DNA from: Oligoflexales bacterium | GTDB taxonomy: Bacteria > Bdellovibrionota_B > Oligoflexia > Oligoflexales > Bog-1112 | Direction of reading: 5' to 3' | NCBI GenBank assembly: GCA_045105515.1 | Contig: JBGCDR010000077.1 | Span: 1-20,650, forward strand | Length of the DNA: 20,650 nt | Shown: one piece after another, positions 18,775-20,650 of the stretch | Layout of the letters: each line of letters opens with the position of its first letter | Numbering within the stretch: the stretch's first letter is position 1 | Translations under genes and position numbers: made by a program | Notes under the pieces: model-generated | What the model was told of the DNA's origin: nothing | Databases searched by the model: none | Seen by the model: the letters and a program-made list of their open reading frames with translations, nothing else

Positions 18775-20538
18775 TTATAAATCACAATTGTTTTTGTCTT
18801 TACATCTACCCAATATATCAATAAAGAAGTTTGGATTATTTTCTAGCACTTTATCAGGAGAATTTCCATTATAATAGTTCCAGTTGTGAGCTGGTTCTAT
18901 CGAGGTTCCTTCGCCCCACTCGTTAAATGTAGTTATCAGCTGCCAACTTGCATCCGATTGGACACATTCTTTAACAATATTTTCCCATTCTGATGCATCT
19001 CTTTTTAGAAATTTTCCATCATAATTGGATCTTCTGTATCCTGGAGCTATAGCACATGAACTTAAGCCATTCCATGGAGAGGAATCAAGATGATCATGCT
19101 TTTGAATTGAAGCATCAGGACCATATTGATGCCAAGAAAAAGTAACATAGTTGTCCTTGCTACTATCGCAAATTCTCCAATCACGAAAGACTTTCAATAC
19201 TACATGCCACTTAATTTTCGCTCGATTGGCAGCTTCTCTCCACCTGTTAACCAGTTCACACGTCTTATCATTGGCGCTATAAACGAAGATTATAGGTTTT
19301 GGATCATCATTTGGTTCTTCTATGTGAGCATAGACTTCTCTATATTTATCGACAAAATTGGTTTCTATATATTCAAAGTCTGATTGCAACTCGTCAACTT
19401 TTAAACCAGTATCAAATCCCTCTTTTTCATAATAGAGGGCCCATTTAAGTTCAGGATTATCCTCTCTAGTTAATTCAAGCAATTTTGGAAGACTTTCACC
19501 TTCTCTACCCTGCCCCCACCAGGATACAATCCCCATATCCACGTGAGCATTATCTAAGTATTCTAAATGTCTCTTAATGACATCTTCATCACTGCTATGA
19601 TACCTAGAATTTTTGTCATTTTTATAGTCAGCATTATTTTCTCTATCGTACCATGTTTCATACATTACCATATCATCTTTGACAGTCCAGGTATTAGGAA
19701 ACCAAAGGTAATAAAATGCACCTCTAACTGGGAAGCTCAAAGCGCTATTTTGCTCAACGTTATCGTCTGTTTTGCCGTCGTCATTATCAGTAAAAATAAT
19801 TTTGGAACTTGCTACAATCTTATTCCCACATTGGAGTAACAATTGCCCTTTAAGGTTTACACCGAGTTTAACGTCTGGATCACTGCATGTACCGTTCATT
19901 ATTTCTTCACGACCATCTTTTCCATCAACTATTAACCTAGCTAGGTTACCGCCTACTGCAACGAGCAGGCTAGTATTTTGCTCTTGTACTCGATCTTCAC
20001 CAAAGAATCCTGCTTCGCGAATCACTTCCTCAAAGGGGCCCTTATTTACACCGTCTTTATTTATAACAATGTTTCCATCAGCCTGATATAATACTTGAAG
20101 CGGACCATAACTGAGGAATACTTGATCTGGAGATACTCTTTCATTTTTAGGCCAGGTTTTTAATTCAAATAATTCTTTAGATCGTGCGACAATACCAGAT
20201 CCACAATAGAGCAATAACTGACCTAATAAGTTAACTTCAAGTCGAACATCTGGATCATTGCAAGAGCCACTCATCAACTCTTTGCTACTAGTTTTTCCCT
20301 CAACTATTAAGCTAGCTAGGTTACTGCCTTGAGCAAGTACTAAATTTGTATTGTGCTCCTCCACATTATCTTCACCAAAGAATCCTGCTTCGCGAATTTT
20401 TTTCTCAAATGGGCCTTTGTTTGTACCATTTTTTCTTATGACAATATTTCCATCTGCTTGATAGACTGCTTGTACATCTCCGATATCTAAAAATATTTGA
20501 TCAGGTTCTACTGCTCGGTCATGTCCAATTTGACCCAC
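18775..20538 (-). CDS. GH99-like (endo-alpha-mannosidase/mannanase-like) glycoside hydrolase with two N-terminal bulb-lectin-like repeats; 5' end uncertain
   Basis: C-terminal domain with AFYYLWF, YHSSDEDVIKRH, GIVSWWG, IAPGY and WQLITTFNEWGEGTSIEPA, which matches the GH99 ITSFNEWxEGTxIEPA motif. The N-terminal 125-aa tandem repeat carries YQADGNIVI in each copy. Confidence 0.8.
   Translation of the reverse strand: MGQIGHDRAVEPDQIFLDIGDVQAVYQADGNIVIRKNGTNKGPFEKKIREAGFFGEDNVEEHNTNLVLAQGSNLASLIVEGKTSSKELMSGSCNDPDVRLEVNLLGQLLLYCGSGIVARSKELFELKTWPKNERVSPDQVFLSYGPLQVLYQADGNIVINKDGVNKGPFEEVIREAGFFGEDRVQEQNTSLLVAVGGNLARLIVDGKDGREEIMNGTCSDPDVKLGVNLKGQLLLQCGNKIVASSKIIFTDNDDGKTDDNVEQNSALSFPVRGAFYYLWFPNTWTVKDDMVMYETWYDRENNADYKNDKNSRYHSSDEDVIKRHLEYLDNAHVDMGIVSWWGQGREGESLPKLLELTREDNPELKWALYYEKEGFDTGLKVDELQSDFEYIETNFVDKYREVYAHIEEPNDDPKPIIFVYSANDKTCELVNRWREAANRAKIKWHVVLKVFRDWRICDSSKDNYVTFSWHQYGPDASIQKHDHLDSSPWNGLSSCAIAPGYRRSNYDGKFLKRDASEWENIVKECVQSDASWQLITTFNEWGEGTSIEPAHNWNYYNGNSPDKVLENNPNFFIDILGRCKDKNNCDL
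19792..20511 (-). repeat. Intragenic tandem duplication with a 375-nt (125-aa) period
   Basis: aa 10-124 align without gaps to aa 135-249 (PDQ.FL, YQADGNIVI, NKGPFE..IREAGFFGED, C.DPDV.L.VNL.GQLLL.CG). An identical 30-mer, ATCTTCACCAAAGAATCCTGCTTCGCGAAT, occurs at 19993-20022 and 20368-20397. Confidence 0.95.
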
Positions 20539-20650
20539 CCAGTCATGTAAAACTGACCCACCACGGAGCCATAGGCGACGACCTTAAAAATCTCCTATCA
20601 GCTTAATATTGAATCAGCAACATTATTGAATGATTTACGATAAGAATCTC

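Noticed and set aside
576..20086. Numerous short antisense or alternate-frame ORFs inside the called genes (e.g. 576-872, 3971-4366, 11993-12283, 17698-18042, 19772-20086)
   Set aside because: They are shadow ORFs of well-supported genes, with Ser/Phe-rich antisense composition and no independent evidence.

Overview
AT-rich bacterial chromosomal window. The CheA-like sensor architecture and the secreted hypothetical proteins suggest a marine Bdellovibrionota/Oligoflexia-like organism, but this is inference only. From left to right it contains: the left end of an ISAs1-family insertion sequence missed by the ORF track (terminal repeat ending at 252, transposase N-terminus at 96-1); a secreted PD-(D/E)XK-fold protein with a polybasic tail; a glutathione S-transferase; a complete Na+-translocating NADH:quinone oxidoreductase operon (nqrABCDEF-apbE-nqrM); a membrane-bound CheA-like kinase lacking a CheW domain; a secreted protein with an F-box-like motif followed by a frameshifted probable paralogue; a CDF metal exporter; a DUF924 protein; an Asp-less pseudo-receiver; an 18-Cys secreted protein ending in a knottin-like module; and a GH99-like glycosidase fused to a duplicated bulb-lectin-like domain. 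The most notable signal is the set of exported or probably exported proteins with eukaryote-type modules, which suggests interaction with an algal or protist host or prey.
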